NCBI GenBank assembly: GCA_963555825.3
Contig: CAUVXB020000002.1
Location: 1,344,001-1,408,000, forward strand
Direction: 5' to 3'
DNA length: 64,000 nt
Source of the DNA: Alphaproteobacteria bacterium
Lineage (GTDB): Bacteria; Pseudomonadota; Alphaproteobacteria; JAAXGF01
In this document: in pieces, positions 1 through 10,855 of the stretch
How positions within the stretch are numbered: the first letter of the stretch is position 1
Layout of the letters: each line of letters begins with the position of its first letter
The notes under the pieces: generated by a model
The model's database searches: none
What the model saw: the letters and a program-made list of their open reading frames with translations, nothing else
What the model was told of the DNA's origin: nothing
Position numbers and translations under genes: made by a program

Positions 1-520
1 TTTCAAGCCCCGGCCCGAGAGCCGCGACGAAGGCCAGCGCCAGGATCAGGCGCGGAAAGGCCAGGAAGATATCGGTGACGCGCATCAGCACGTTGTCGAC
101 CCAGCCGCCGACATAGCCGGCGATGATGCCGATGATCAGCCCGAGCGGTGCCACGATGATGCCGACCAGCCCGACGATGTAGAGCGTGATCCGCGAGCCC
201 CAGACGATGCGCTCGTAAACGTTGCGCCCGAGTTCGTCGGTGCCGAACCAATGCTCTGCGCTGGGCGGCTGCAAGCGGTCGGCGAGATGTTGCTCGATGC
301 CGTCGCCGGCGGTCAGCAGCGGCGCGAAGGCCGCGCCGAGCACCAAGGTCCCGATGATGAGCAAGCCCGCCATGGCGATCGGGTTGGCACTGAAGACGAG
401 CCAGTTCAGGTACATGCGTTGACAGCGGGCATGCGCCATCGAGCCCGGGGAATTCGACAGCAGCCAGGCCTTCAATCCCTGTTTCTCCGCCGCCGGGACG
501 GTCGTGGTGTTGTCGGTCAT
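1..520 (-). CDS. Peptide/nickel ABC transporter permease (DppC-like), runs off the window edge
   Basis: Manual translation from ATG at 520: MTDNTTT...HWFGTDELGRNVYERIVWGSRITL...GGWVDNVLMRVTDIFLAFPRLILALA; overlaps the stop of the upstream permease. Confidence 0.9.
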   Translation of the reverse strand, partial: MTDNTTTVPAAEKQGLKAWLLSNSPGSMAHARCQRMYLNWLVFSANPIAMAGLLIIGTLVLGAAFAPLLTAGDGIEQHLADRLQPPSAEHWFGTDELGRNVYERIVWGSRITLYIVGLVGIIVAPLGLIIGIIAGYVGGWVDNVLMRVTDIFLAFPRLILALAFVAALGPGLE

Positions 521-1614
521 CGCCGCGCCCTCGGGTCGACCAGGCGATAGAGGACATCGGAGAGCATGTTGATGCCGACGAAACCGATGCCGACCACCAC
601 CGTGCCGCCGATTACCGCGTTCATGTCGGCGTTGAACAGCGATTTGGTGATGTACTGGCCGATGCCCGGCCAGGCGAAGATGGTTTCGGTCAGCACCGAG
701 CCTTCGAGCAGCGAGGCGTACGTCAACCCGATGATGGTGATCAGCTGGATCAGCACGTTGCGGAATGCGTGGCGCCAGATCACCGCGGTTTCCGACAACC
801 CCTTGACGCGGGCGGTGATGACGTATTCCTGATTGAGCTGGTCGAGCATGAAGCTGCGCGTCATGCGCGCGATATAGGCCAGCGCGAAGGTCGCCAGCAT
901 GGCCGACGGCAGGATCAGGTGGGAGACCGCGTTACGGAAGATCTCCCACTCTCCTTGCATGGCGGAATCGATCAGGATGAACCCGGTGACCGGGTCGACG
1001 ATGCCGTCGTAGTAGACCTCGATGCGGCCCGGTCCAGGCAGCCAGCCGAGCTTCGCATAGAAGATCAGCAGCGCGACCAGGCCGAGCCAGAAAATTGGCA
1101 CCGAGTAGCCGAACAAGCCGATGATGCGGACGATGTGGTCGGTCATGCGGCCCTGCCGGACGGCGGCGGCGACGCCCATGGGCACGCCGACCAAGATGCC
1201 GACCAGGGTGGCGACGGAGGCCAACTCCAGCGTTGCCGGAAAATAGGTGATGAGATCGTCGAGCACCGGCCGCGTGGTCATGATCGACTTGCCGAAATCG
1301 CCCTGAACGACGTTGGTCAAATAGATCCAGTACTGCTGAAGCAGCGGCTTATCGAGGCCGAGCTGGAGGTACATCGCCTCGTAGACATCCTTCGACGCGC
1401 GATCGCCGACGATCGCCAACACCGGATCGGCGGGCATCACCCGGCCGATGATGAAGGTGATGGCGGTCAGGCCGACGAAGGTGATGACGATCGTGAACAG
1501 GACGTTGGCGGGCTTGGCGACCGCCTTCGTGAAAGACGCGAATCTGGCGGCCAAAGGATGCCGGGGCGGGCTTTCGCCCGCCCCCGTCACCTTTGTCGAA
1601 TTACCCTCGACCAT
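517..1614 (-). CDS. Peptide/nickel ABC transporter permease (DppB-like)
   Basis: MPADP...GLDKPL...YVITARVKGLS...HAFRN...ETIFAWPGIG motifs. Confidence 0.93.
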   Translation of the reverse strand: MVEGNSTKVTGAGESPPRHPLAARFASFTKAVAKPANVLFTIVITFVGLTAITFIIGRVMPADPVLAIVGDRASKDVYEAMYLQLGLDKPLLQQYWIYLTNVVQGDFGKSIMTTRPVLDDLITYFPATLELASVATLVGILVGVPMGVAAAVRQGRMTDHIVRIIGLFGYSVPIFWLGLVALLIFYAKLGWLPGPGRIEVYYDGIVDPVTGFILIDSAMQGEWEIFRNAVSHLILPSAMLATFALAYIARMTRSFMLDQLNQEYVITARVKGLSETAVIWRHAFRNVLIQLITIIGLTYASLLEGSVLTETIFAWPGIGQYITKSLFNADMNAVIGGTVVVGIGFVGINMLSDVLYRLVDPRARR

Positions 1615-1641
1615 CGTCGTGCGGTACCGAGGGTCGCAGCG

Positions 1642-3249
1642 TTACTTCGTGATCGTCCGGTAGAAGACGAGGTCGAAGTTGGCGCCGCTGACATAGCCCT
1701 TCACATTGCTGCGCAGCGCGGTCTGTTCGCTCTTTTGGAACATGATCGTGAACGGCCCGATCTCCTGCATGCGCTTTTGGAGCTTGAGGTAGATCTGCTC
1801 ACGCTTGACCAGATCGATTTCCGCCGCGCCGGCTTCCGTCAACCCGTTGATTTCGGGATTGAAGAACGAGGTCCGCCACGCCACCTTGCCGGTCAGGCTG
1901 GCTTCCAGCCGGTTGTCCGGGTTGTGGGCGAAGGCATCGGCGTTGGAATGCGGATCGACGTAGTCGGGCGACCACTGAGCGACGATGAGCTCATGCTTGC
2001 GCGCCCGATACATCGGCCACAAGGTTTTGCCCTCGGCCAGGGTGATCTCGGACTCGACACCGATCTTCGACAGGCTCTGCTGAACCGACTGGGCGATCTC
2101 GGGGTAGGGCGACTTGGTCAGGGTATCGATCCTGATCTTGAAGCCGCCACCGGGATAGCCGGCCTCGGCGAGCAGCGCCCTGGCCTTGTCGAGGTCGAGC
2201 GAGAACGGCGTCTCGTCATAGGACGCCCACAGGCCCGACGGCCAGAATGCCTGATGGGTCTTGAACTGGCCGGCGAGGAACGAATTGACCATGCCCTCGT
2301 AGTCGACGATTTAGCGGATCGCCTCGTTCACCTTGGGATTGCCGAGGATCGGATGGGCCTGATTGGCCGCCATGTAGACCAGCGCCGCCTTGGGGTCGTT
2401 GGCGATGACCACGTCCATGTTGCCTTCCAGGCCCTTGATCAGATCGGGCGTCAGGTCACGGGCCATGTCCACGTCGCCCTTCTCGATCAGTAGGCGCTGG
2501 GCGGCCGCCTCGGGAACGTGACGCAGGATGATCCGCTTCATGGCCGGCGCGCCGTGGCGATAGTTCGGGTTGGCCTCGAGAATGACGATCTCGTTCGCCT
2601 TGTAGGTCTTGAGCGAGTACGGACCGGACCCGGCGCTATGGTTCTTCAGCCATTCGTAGCCGAGGTCGCCGTCAACCTCGTGGCTCATCACCAACTTCAT
2701 GTCGATGACCGCACCGACGCCGGCGGACAGGGCGTTCAAAGCCAAGGCCGGTGACAGATCGGAGTTCAGCTTGACGACGACCGTCTCGTCGTCGGGCGCC
2801 GTGACCAAGCTGTCGACGTTGTCGGCGTCCCAGCCGAACTGGGTGAAGATGAAGGCCGGCGTCTTGTTGAGCTTGATGACCCGGCGGCGCGAAAACGCCA
2901 TATCGGCCGCGGTCATCTTGTTGCCCGAATGGAAAACCTGATTGGGCCGGAGCTTCAGGGTGATGGTCTTGCCGTCGTCGCTGATGGTGTAGCTTTCGGC
3001 GGCGCCGCCGACCAGGGTGGTAAGGTCTTCGGCCTCGAACATCATGACCCGGTCATAGATGTTGGCGATGACCTCGCCGCCGGTGAATTCGAACACCTCG
3101 GCGGGATCGAGGACGATGATGTCGTCGATGATCTTGGCCATTATCAGCGTATCGTCCGGCGTGCCGGCCTGGGCCGATCCGACCGCCGATCCCGCCTGGG
3201 CCGCGACGAACGCGAAGCCGGCGAGCAGGGCGAGTTGTTTCAAGTGCAT
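1642..3249 (-). pseudogene. Family 5 ABC substrate-binding protein (DppA-like) with one in-frame TAA at 2311-2313
   Basis: ORFs 2311..3369 and 1642..2292 are in the same frame (NEAIR*IVDYEGMVN); signal peptide MHLKQLALLAGF after GGAGG. Confidence 0.85.
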
Positions 3250-3414
3250 TGATGCATCCTCCAAAATCTCGAATACGATATGTCGTTGACGTGTTGATTG
3301 TCGAGACGACCGCCTGCGTGGCAAATCAAGCCAGCGGCCACTCGACCGTACCCTATTCGAATTCGGCACGCTCAGGAAGCCACTGATGCGGTCGGCAAAA
3401 AATAACCCGCCGCG

Positions 3415-3852
3415 TCATGCCTCGAGCGGGACGTCGGGCACCCAGAGGTAGCCGTCCGCGTCGACGATGTAGACCTCGCGCAGGCCGTGCGGCTTGTCGG
3501 CGGCGCCGTCGAGCACGGTGTAGCCGAGGTCGCGCGCGACCGCTTCGGCGGCGTCCGGATCGCGGCCGTGCAGCCTGATCTCGGCGCCGATGCCGCGCGC
3601 GATGTCGGGGCGCAGGCTGCCGTGCAGCGGGTGCTCGCGATAGGTATGGTCGGCGTGCAGCATCCATTCGGCGTCGCCGCGCCGGACGACCGCGAAATCG
3701 GGATCGTCGTAGACCACCTCGGCGTCGAGCACCTCGCGGTGGAAGGCGAGCGCCGCGGCGACGTCGCGCACCAAGAGGTTGATCGTCAGGCCCTTGAGCG
3801 AGCGCCCGTAGTCGGGCGCCGGCATCCACGGCTCTTTTGTGCTGAGCTTCAT
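3415..3852 (-). CDS. VOC/glyoxalase family protein
   Basis: NLLVRDVAAALAFH...DKPHGLREVYIVDADGYLW pattern. Confidence 0.8.
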   Translation of the reverse strand: MKLSTKEPWMPAPDYGRSLKGLTINLLVRDVAAALAFHREVLDAEVVYDDPDFAVVRRGDAEWMLHADHTYREHPLHGSLRPDIARGIGAEIRLHGRDPDAAEAVARDLGYTVLDGAADKPHGLREVYIVDADGYLWVPDVPLEA

Positions 3853-3877
3853 CGCGTGGCTCGGCTCGATCGGGCGC

Positions 3878-4378
3878 CTAGTTCTTCGGCTGCCAGTCGT
3901 CGGCGAACGCTTCCGCAGCGGCGATCTGATCCTTGGTAACCAGCTTCTCGATCAGGTCGTAGACGTCCATCGCCCGATTGGCGACCGTGATGTCCTCACC
4001 CGTGACGACCAGGTAGAGCCACTTGTACGCCTCGCCGTAATCCTGCTTCACGCCGATGCCGTCGACGTACATCGAACCGAGCGCGACCTGAGCGACCGCG
4101 TCGCCGCGATCGGCGGCCTGCTTGTACCACTTGATCGCCTCGGCGTCATTCTTCACGCCGCTCTCGGGGTCGGAGTATATGCGGCCGAGCATCTGCTGCG
4201 CGCGCGCGTCGCCCTTGCCCGCCAGCGCCTTGAAGCCCTTCACCGCCTCGGCGACCTTGCCGTTCGAATAGGCCTCGAAAACCTTGTCGAAGCCTTGGGC
4301 AAGGGCGCCGGTCGCGATGCCCGCGACCAAGGCGCCGATCAGCGCCACCCGGCGTGCCAACTGCATCATGACAGTCAC
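3878..4378 (-). CDS. Secreted Sel1-like repeat protein
   Basis: Signal peptide; AQxxLGxxYxxGxGVKxDxxEAxKW repeats. Confidence 0.85.
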   Translation of the reverse strand: MTVMMQLARRVALIGALVAGIATGALAQGFDKVFEAYSNGKVAEAVKGFKALAGKGDARAQQMLGRIYSDPESGVKNDAEAIKWYKQAADRGDAVAQVALGSMYVDGIGVKQDYGEAYKWLYLVVTGEDITVANRAMDVYDLIEKLVTKDQIAAAEAFADDWQPKN

Positions 4379-4387
4379 CTCCTGAAC

Positions 4388-4681
4388 CTATTCTAGCCCG
4401 GACTTCTCGCTGTGCACAGGCGCGTCATCGGGCGCCTGGCGCACCGGCTTGGCGTCATCGGGCCCACGGCGGCGACGCAGCCACCACGACTGAACGCGGC
4501 GGCGCTGGCGGCGCAGCCACGGGACGTCGTCCGAGATCAGCACGACGCCGAGCGGCAGCATCCAGAAACCGAGGATCGGCAGGAAGCCGAAAATGCCGTC
4601 GATGATCAACAGGGCGCCGGCGGCGCGCCTGATCCAGGCGTTCGGATGGCGCTTCAGTCGGCTGAAGAATTCACTCGGCAT
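4388..4681 (-). CDS. Small membrane hypothetical protein
   Basis: GIFGFLPILGFWMLPLG hydrophobic segment followed by an Arg-rich tail; start uncertain (next to IS630). Confidence 0.6.
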   Translation of the reverse strand: MPSEFFSRLKRHPNAWIRRAAGALLIIDGIFGFLPILGFWMLPLGVVLISDDVPWLRRQRRRVQSWWLRRRRGPDDAKPVRQAPDDAPVHSEKSGLE

Positions 4682-4758
4682 TGCCGCTACACTTTAGCCG
4701 CCGTCGGACGGAGATCAAACCGCGCCGCGGCCTTGCCAGCGGCCGACGACGGTCCCAT

Positions 4759-5883
4759 CTAGTGTCCCGATTCCGAAGTTCGCATGATTTTCGCCTGCTG
4801 TTCAGCGATTTCGATTGTTCGGAGGCAGAAGCGCTGGATGGCGCCGAGGATGTCATCGGCGGATTTGGTCCATTTGAAGGGTTTGGGGTTCTGGTTTGTC
4901 GTGTCGATGTAGTCGAGGATGGTGCGCTCCAACTCCTTGGTGGAGCGATGGACGCCGCGCCTGATCTGCTTGTCGGTCAGCAGCCCGAACCAGCGCTCGA
5001 CCTGGTTCAGCCAGGAGGCGCTGGTGGGTGTGAAATGGGCCTGCCAGCGCGGCCGTTTGGCGAACCAGTCGCGGATCGCCTTGGTCTTGTGGGTCCCGTA
5101 GTTGTCCATGACGATGTGGATGTCGAGATCAGCAGGGACGTTCGCCTCGACGAGGTCGAGGAATTTGCGGAACTCTCGGGCCCGATGGCGCGGGAAACAT
5201 TTGCCGATGATCTCTCCCGTGGCGATGTCGAGGGCCGCGAAGAGAGAGGTCGTGCCGTGGCGCTTGTAGTCGTGGCTGCGCCGCTCCGCCTGCCCGGGGC
5301 GCATCGGCAAGAGGGGCTGGGAACGGTCCAGGGCCTGGATCTGGCTCTTTTCGTCGACACAGAGAACCAGGGCACGATCCGGCGGCGCCAAATACAGACC
5401 GACGATGTCGCGGACCTTCTCCACGAAGAAGGGATCGCTCGACAGCTTGAAGGTCTCCGAGCGATGCGGCTGCAAGCCGAAGGCCCGCCAGATGCGATGA
5501 ATGGTCGAGGGCGCGTGGCCGCTCGCCCGCGCCATCGAGCGAAGGCTCCAATGGGTCGCGTCCGGCGGCGTCTCTTCCAGCGTCAGCCGGACCGCTTCCG
5601 CGATGGCGTCATCGCCGATTTGACGCGGCGCGCCGGGGCGGGGTTCGTCGTACAGACCGTCGAGGCCCTCCGCCGCATAGCGGCGACGCCACTTGCCCAC
5701 GGTGTCCGCGCTCGCCTCGAGACGAACGGCGATCTCCTTGTTCTCCAACCCTTCCGCCGCCGCCAAGACGATCCGAGCCCGCCGCGCAAGCCCCTGCGAC
5801 GTCTTGCGACGACGAGACAGCGCCTCCAATTCGGCGCGCTCGTCATCGCTCAAAGAGATCGTCACCGCCACTCTCGCCATCAA
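4759..5883 (-). CDS. IS630-family transposase
   Basis: HTH N-terminus; [21 protein letters not shown] motifs. Confidence 0.95.
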   Translation of the reverse strand: MMARVAVTISLSDDERAELEALSRRRKTSQGLARRARIVLAAAEGLENKEIAVRLEASADTVGKWRRRYAAEGLDGLYDEPRPGAPRQIGDDAIAEAVRLTLEETPPDATHWSLRSMARASGHAPSTIHRIWRAFGLQPHRSETFKLSSDPFFVEKVRDIVGLYLAPPDRALVLCVDEKSQIQALDRSQPLLPMRPGQAERRSHDYKRHGTTSLFAALDIATGEIIGKCFPRHRAREFRKFLDLVEANVPADLDIHIVMDNYGTHKTKAIRDWFAKRPRWQAHFTPTSASWLNQVERWFGLLTDKQIRRGVHRSTKELERTILDYIDTTNQNPKPFKWTKSADDILGAIQRFCLRTIEIAEQQAKIMRTSESGH

Positions 5884-5943
5884 TCGCGCCTCCTAAAAAC
5901 AAATAGAGACATAATCATATCAATTTATCGATCAGGACACTAG
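4759..5943 (-). mobile_element. IS630-family insertion sequence
   Basis: CTAG at both ends (4759, 5940); TIR GTGTCCCGAT/ATCAGGACAC. Confidence 0.9.
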
Positions 5944-6000
5944 TTTTTCGGGCGGGTTGGTCCAAGGTCACCGAAGGCCACCGACCGGGAGAGGACATCG

Positions 6001-6276
6001 ATGAGCCGGATCGAGATCTATACGTCGCCGTGGTGCGGCTACTGTTACCACGCCAAGGCGATGCTCGCCGACAAGGGCCTCGACTTCGACGAAATCGACG
6101 TCACGGGTCCGCCCGAACACCGGCGCGCGATGGTCGAGCGCTCGGGGCGCTCCAGCGTGCCGCAGATCTTCATCGACGGCGTGCCGATCGGCGGCTCGGA
6201 GGAACTCGCCCAGCTCCATGTCAGCGGCGCTCTCGACCGGCTACGCGACGGTGACGAAGCAAAGGCGGCCGGCTGA
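6001..6276 (+). CDS. grxC: Glutaredoxin 3
   Basis: CGYC, SVPQIFI, IGG motifs; GAGG RBS. Confidence 0.88.
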   Translation: MSRIEIYTSPWCGYCYHAKAMLADKGLDFDEIDVTGPPEHRRAMVERSGRSSVPQIFIDGVPIGGSEELAQLHVSGALDRLRDGDEAKAAG

Positions 6277-6617
6277 CGCCGGCGAAATCGGCCGCGCCGC
6301 GTGATGGGCGTCACATCCGGCGTCAATTTTCCGTGATCCACGCTTGTAACGCCCGCCGGCGTAATCATATCGACACATTCCGGCGGTACGTTAAGGATCG
6401 CCCAGGTCTCAAGAGGACGAAGAGATGCGTAACGAGACATTCCATGCGACAGGCGATCGCGCGACGGCATTGCGTCGACACGCCGGCTGCGGCGAGGCCC
6501 GCGAGGGTAATCACGGCGAGCTCTGCGCGGCGGTCGACGAGTTGATCGCCTTCGCGCCACGCCACTTCGCCGACGCGGCGATCAAGTACATCGTCTAGGT
6601 CCTATTCCGCCGGGCGG

Positions 6618-9600
6618 CTATTCGGCCGCCGGGCGCACCTCGATGCGGCGCAGGCAGCGGTCGATCCACTGCGCCGTCAGCTTCTCCTGCACGGCGTTCT
6701 GCCCGAGCCGCGCGCCGAGCGCCTCGAAATCGACCAGGTCGAGCGGTTGATCCTGGTTGAAGCACGAGAAGACGACGCTCTCTTCGCCGGTTTCCGCATC
6801 GACATGCGGCTGCAGGCACTGGGCGCAGATTTCCTTCATCATGCACTGCATCGGCGAGTTGATCGAACCGATCGCGACGTGATCGGGTTTGAGATAGGGC
6901 TCGAGCACATCGTGGCGCGCCCGCGTCACCGCGGCCATCATACGGTCCGAGCCGATGGTGACGATGCGATCCGCCTCTGACATGTCGATCGGCGTCGCGC
7001 CCAGCTCGCCCCGCGCGTAGGCGACCATCGCCTCGACGATGGTGCCGACGATGCTCGTGTCGCCGTCGCGCGACGGCGCGAAGCCGGGCGCCTCGTCGCA
7101 GGCCCAGACGATGGTGTCGGCGGCCGCCTCGATCTCGGCCACCTTGTAGCGGTCCTCGACCTTCTTGTAGCCGGCGAAGTAGAGCACCCGCGAGCCCGCC
7201 TCGCGGAAGGCGCGGCCGATCGAAAACAGCACCGCGTTGCCGAGCCCGCCGCCGACCAGCACGACGGTCTCGCCGGCCGGCGTCTCGGTCGGCGATCCGG
7301 TCGGCCCCATGACGATCACCGGCTCGCCCGGCGCGAGCAGCGCGCAGAGGTCCGACGAGCCGCCCATCTCGAGCACGATCAGGCTCAACAGGCCGCGGTC
7401 CTTGTCGACCCAGGCGCCGGTCATCGCCAGCCCCTCCATCGCCAGCGTCGTGCCGTCGACCCGCGTGGCGAGCGTTTCATAATTTTGCAGCCGGTAGAAC
7501 TGGCCCGGCGTGAAGGCGCGCGCCGCGGCCGGCGCGTGGACGACGACGTCGACGATAGTCGGCGTCAGGCGCACCACCTCGTGTACCGTCGCACGGTAGT
7601 CGCGGTTGAGCCGGGCGAAGAACGCCTCGGCCGGCGCGTCGTCGGCCGGCGCGATGCGCGCCAGCATGCGCGAGACGACCGGATAGCCCTGCTTGGCGCT
7701 CGCCATCGCCTTGACCACGTTGCCGGCGAAGGACGGATGCACGTCGCCGAAGAAGCTTACGGCCCGGCCGTCCTCGGTCACCGAGGTCAGCACGCGCACC
7801 GCGTCGGGCTTGGCGATGCGCTCGGGCGTGACCGGCCGGCCGTCCTCGTCGACCGCCTCGAAATAGCGGCCGTCGAGTTGGATATGGCCGGGGTCCTCGC
7901 GGCCCAGCACGGTGTTCGGCTGGGTGCCGGCAGCCGCCAGGATGCTGCGCGCGGGCAGCGTCTCGATGGTGTCGCCGGTGATCCAGCCCGAGCCGTCGCG
8001 GACGTGCTGCATGCGGTTGAGCCGGAGCGCCATTGCGTGGCCGTAACCGTCGACAACGACCGACAGCGGCGACAGGCACTCGACGAAGCGCACGCCCTCC
8101 TCGAGCGCCTTGGCGACCTCCTCGTGGTTGAGCGTGTAGCTCGGCGAATCGATCAGCCGCTTGCGGTAGACGATGGTCGAGCCGCCCCAGTCGCCGAGCA
8201 GTTCGCGGATGCGCGGCGCGCGGCCTTGCGCTTGGGCCGCCGCGCGTTCGCCGCGCAGCGCGCGCGCGTGATCGATGAACTCGTCGGCGATCTCGCGTTC
8301 CTCGTCGCTCCACGACGCGCGCACCGCGTCATCGCCGCGCTCGGCCGCGAGCGTCTCGTAGCGCGCCAGGAACTTCTCGACCTGCACCGGATAGTAGGCG
8401 AGCGATTCGGTCGCCGTGTCGATCGCCGTCAGGCCGCCGCCGATCACGACGACGGGCAGCCGGATCTGCAAATTGGCCACCGAATCGGTCTTGGCCGCGC
8501 CGGTCAGCTGCAGCGCCATCAGAAAATCGGACGCCGCGCGCACGCCGCGCGCCAGGCCGTTCGGGATCGGCAGCACGGTCGGCTTGCCGGCGCCGACGGC
8601 AAGCGCGACGTGGTCGAAGCCCATGGCGAGCGCGTCGTCGATCGTGATCGTGCCGCCGAACCGCACGCCGCCGAACATGGCGAATTCGGCGCGCCGTTCG
8701 ATCAGCAGGCGGACCAGCTTGAGGAAATTCTTGTCCCAGCGCACCGTAATGCCGAATTCGGCGACGCCGCCGAAACCCGCCATGACGCGGTCGTCGAGCG
8801 ATTCGTAGAGTTCCGTGACGTCGCGCACGGGCCGGAAGTCGACCCGGTTGCCGGCGGCGTCGACGCCCGAGAGATCGGCCGGCAGCGGTTCGATCTTGAA
8901 GCCGTCGACCGCGGCGACGATATGGCCGTCGTTGATCAGGTGATGCGCCAGCGTGAAGCCGGCCGGCCCGAGCCCGGCGACCAGCACCTTGCGCCCTGTC
9001 GCCGGTAAGGGCAGCGGGCGGGCGATGTCGAGCGGGTTCCAGCGCGTCAGCAGGCTGTAGATCTCGAAGCCCCAGCGCAGACCCAGCACGTCCTTCAGCG
9101 TGCGCGTCTCGGCCTGCGGGATGTCGACCGGGTCCTGCTTCTGGTAGATGCACGACTTCATACAGTCGTTGCAGATGCGATGGCCGGTCGCCGCCACCAT
9201 CGGGTTGTCGACCGTGACGATGGCGAGCGCGCCGATCACGTGGCCCGCCGACTTGGCCAGGTTCATCTCGGAGATCTTCTCCTCGAGCGGACAGCCGGCG
9301 AGCGTGACGCCGAACGGGCTCGAGCGGAAAATCCCGTCGCGGTCCTTGAGCCCGGTCGAGCACGAATCCTTGCCCTGGTTGTGGCAGAAGATGCAGTAGT
9401 TGGCGTGGTCGAGAGCGCCGATCAGGTCGGTACCCGCATCGGTCAGCGCGAAGCCCTCGCGGCGGCGCAGCTTGGCCTCGGGCAGGCGCAGCATCTCGGC
9501 GCCGTGGAACTCGACCGTCTCGGTCTCGATCAGATGCTCGGGGTCGAGCTTGCCGGGTGTATTGAACAGCACGCCGTCGGCGAAACGCGCCCGGCCCGCG

Positions 9601-10121
9601 GCGCTCAGCGTCGCCCAGGCGGCGAACTGCTTGGCGGCATCGAGCGCGGCGGCGTTGGCATCCTCGTCCTCGAGCCAGGCCATCACCGCCTCGGCGAAGG
9701 CGAGTTCGTCGAACGACGTGTCGAGATGTTCGGCGAGCGCGGCCTCGAGCGCGTCGCCGTCGAGCGCGTCGGCCGCCTCGGCGCCGACGCCCTTGACCGC
9801 GCGGCGCTGGACGAACAAGCGCTTGCAACGATAGAGCGGCGCCAGCGCGTGGTGGTGCGCGACAAGGTCCGCGACCTCGTCGGCGATACCGAACAGCGCG
9901 CCGACGAAGTCGTCGAGATGCGGCGCCAGGTCGACCAGCAGCTGGGAATGGTCCTTGCGCTCGAGCGCGTCGGGCGCGACCCGCGCGGCGTCGAGGCGCG
10001 CCGCCAGATCGCCATCGGCGGCCGCCAGATGGTCGCGGAACAGCGCGTCGACGCGGACGAGGCCGTCACGCGCGTAGAGGTCACGGAATGCCAGCCCGTG
10101 CGCCAGATCAAACTCGCTCAT
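6618..10121 (-). CDS. Large Fe-S flavoprotein: GltD/NfnB-like domain fused to a PyrK/NfnA-like domain
   Basis: CIFCH..C..CP, ICNDCMKSC, GLGPAG, IGGGLTAID, GGGLG, CMMKEICAQC; likely start MSEFDL. Confidence 0.85.
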   Translation of the reverse strand: MSEFDLAHGLAFRDLYARDGLVRVDALFRDHLAAADGDLAARLDAARVAPDALERKDHSQLLVDLAPHLDDFVGALFGIADEVADLVAHHHALAPLYRCKRLFVQRRAVKGVGAEAADALDGDALEAALAEHLDTSFDELAFAEAVMAWLEDEDANAAALDAAKQFAAWATLSAAGRARFADGVLFNTPGKLDPEHLIETETVEFHGAEMLRLPEAKLRRREGFALTDAGTDLIGALDHANYCIFCHNQGKDSCSTGLKDRDGIFRSSPFGVTLAGCPLEEKISEMNLAKSAGHVIGALAIVTVDNPMVAATGHRICNDCMKSCIYQKQDPVDIPQAETRTLKDVLGLRWGFEIYSLLTRWNPLDIARPLPLPATGRKVLVAGLGPAGFTLAHHLINDGHIVAAVDGFKIEPLPADLSGVDAAGNRVDFRPVRDVTELYESLDDRVMAGFGGVAEFGITVRWDKNFLKLVRLLIERRAEFAMFGGVRFGGTITIDDALAMGFDHVALAVGAGKPTVLPIPNGLARGVRAASDFLMALQLTGAAKTDSVANLQIRLPVVVIGGGLTAIDTATESLAYYPVQVEKFLARYETLAAERGDDAVRASWSDEEREIADEFIDHARALRGERAAAQAQGRAPRIRELLGDWGGSTIVYRKRLIDSPSYTLNHEEVAKALEEGVRFVECLSPLSVVVDGYGHAMALRLNRMQHVRDGSGWITGDTIETLPARSILAAAGTQPNTVLGREDPGHIQLDGRYFEAVDEDGRPVTPERIAKPDAVRVLTSVTEDGRAVSFFGDVHPSFAGNVVKAMASAKQGYPVVSRMLARIAPADDAPAEAFFARLNRDYRATVHEVVRLTPTIVDVVVHAPAAARAFTPGQFYRLQNYETLATRVDGTTLAMEGLAMTGAWVDKDRGLLSLIVLEMGGSSDLCALLAPGEPVIVMGPTGSPTETPAGETVVLVGGGLGNAVLFSIGRAFREAGSRVLYFAGYKKVEDRYKVAEIEAAADTIVWACDEAPGFAPSRDGDTSIVGTIVEAMVAYARGELGATPIDMSEADRIVTIGSDRMMAAVTRARHDVLEPYLKPDHVAIGSINSPMQCMMKEICAQCLQPHVDAETGEESVVFSCFNQDQPLDLVDFEALGARLGQNAVQEKLTAQWIDRCLRRIEVRPAAE

Positions 10122-10369
10122 GCCCGCTGTCCAGATGCCGCCGAGGATCGTCCTCCCGGGTTCATATAGCTCGCGTGCGGCGGCGCGACAAGTTCGTATG
10201 TATACAAACAATTAGACCGCGCGCTGGGCTGCCCTCGTATGGCCACATTCCTCGGCCAGATTCGGGCCAGGTGTGACGGCCGTCGCTTGACCTCGGACCC
10301 TGAATTGGGCGATTCTGCGCGCCACGCCGACGAAACGATCGCCCGATGGCGACAGAGGGACCTCTTATC

Positions 10370-10819
10370 ATGCGCATACTGTTGATCCTGACGTTCCTGT
10401 TCGCCGTGTCCGCGCCGCCGGTCCAGGCGCAGACCACCGACGTCATCGGCCAGGTGTTCAGCGCGGTCGAGAAGAAGGTAATCGAGGATTTCTTCGGTGA
10501 GCGAGCCGCCGATGCCATCTCGGGCACCAAGAAGGACAAGAAGGACAAGAAGGACAAAGGCAAAAAGAACAAGAATGCCAAGGACAAGGGCAAGAGCGGC
10601 GAGCTGCCGCCCGGCCTCGCCAAACACATCGAGAAGCACGGCAAGCTGCCGCCCGGCCTCGACAAGAAAGAACTGCCGCCCGGCCTCGCCAAGCGCCTGG
10701 GGTCGACCAGAAGCGGTCTCGAGCGGCTGATTGTCGGCGACGACGTGGTGCTCGTCGAGCAAGCGACCGGCGTCGTCCTCGACATCATCAAGGACATCGT
10801 CACCGGGGTCGACAGGTAG
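10370..10819 (+). CDS. Secreted protein with Lys-rich linker and LPPGL(A/D)K repeats
   Basis: Signal peptide; KKDKKDKKDK; three LPPGL repeats. Confidence 0.75.
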   Translation: MRILLILTFLFAVSAPPVQAQTTDVIGQVFSAVEKKVIEDFFGERAADAISGTKKDKKDKKDKGKKNKNAKDKGKSGELPPGLAKHIEKHGKLPPGLDKKELPPGLAKRLGSTRSGLERLIVGDDVVLVEQATGVVLDIIKDIVTGVDR

Positions 10820-10855
10820 TTGTTGTGAGGCAATCGCGACCGCGAATCGCCATAT

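Noticed and set aside
769-9828. Long antisense or alternate-frame ORFs (e.g. 769-2493, 7485-9008, 8329-9828)
   Set aside because: Shadow ORFs of high-GC genes with no motifs; the same applies to similar ORFs throughout the window.
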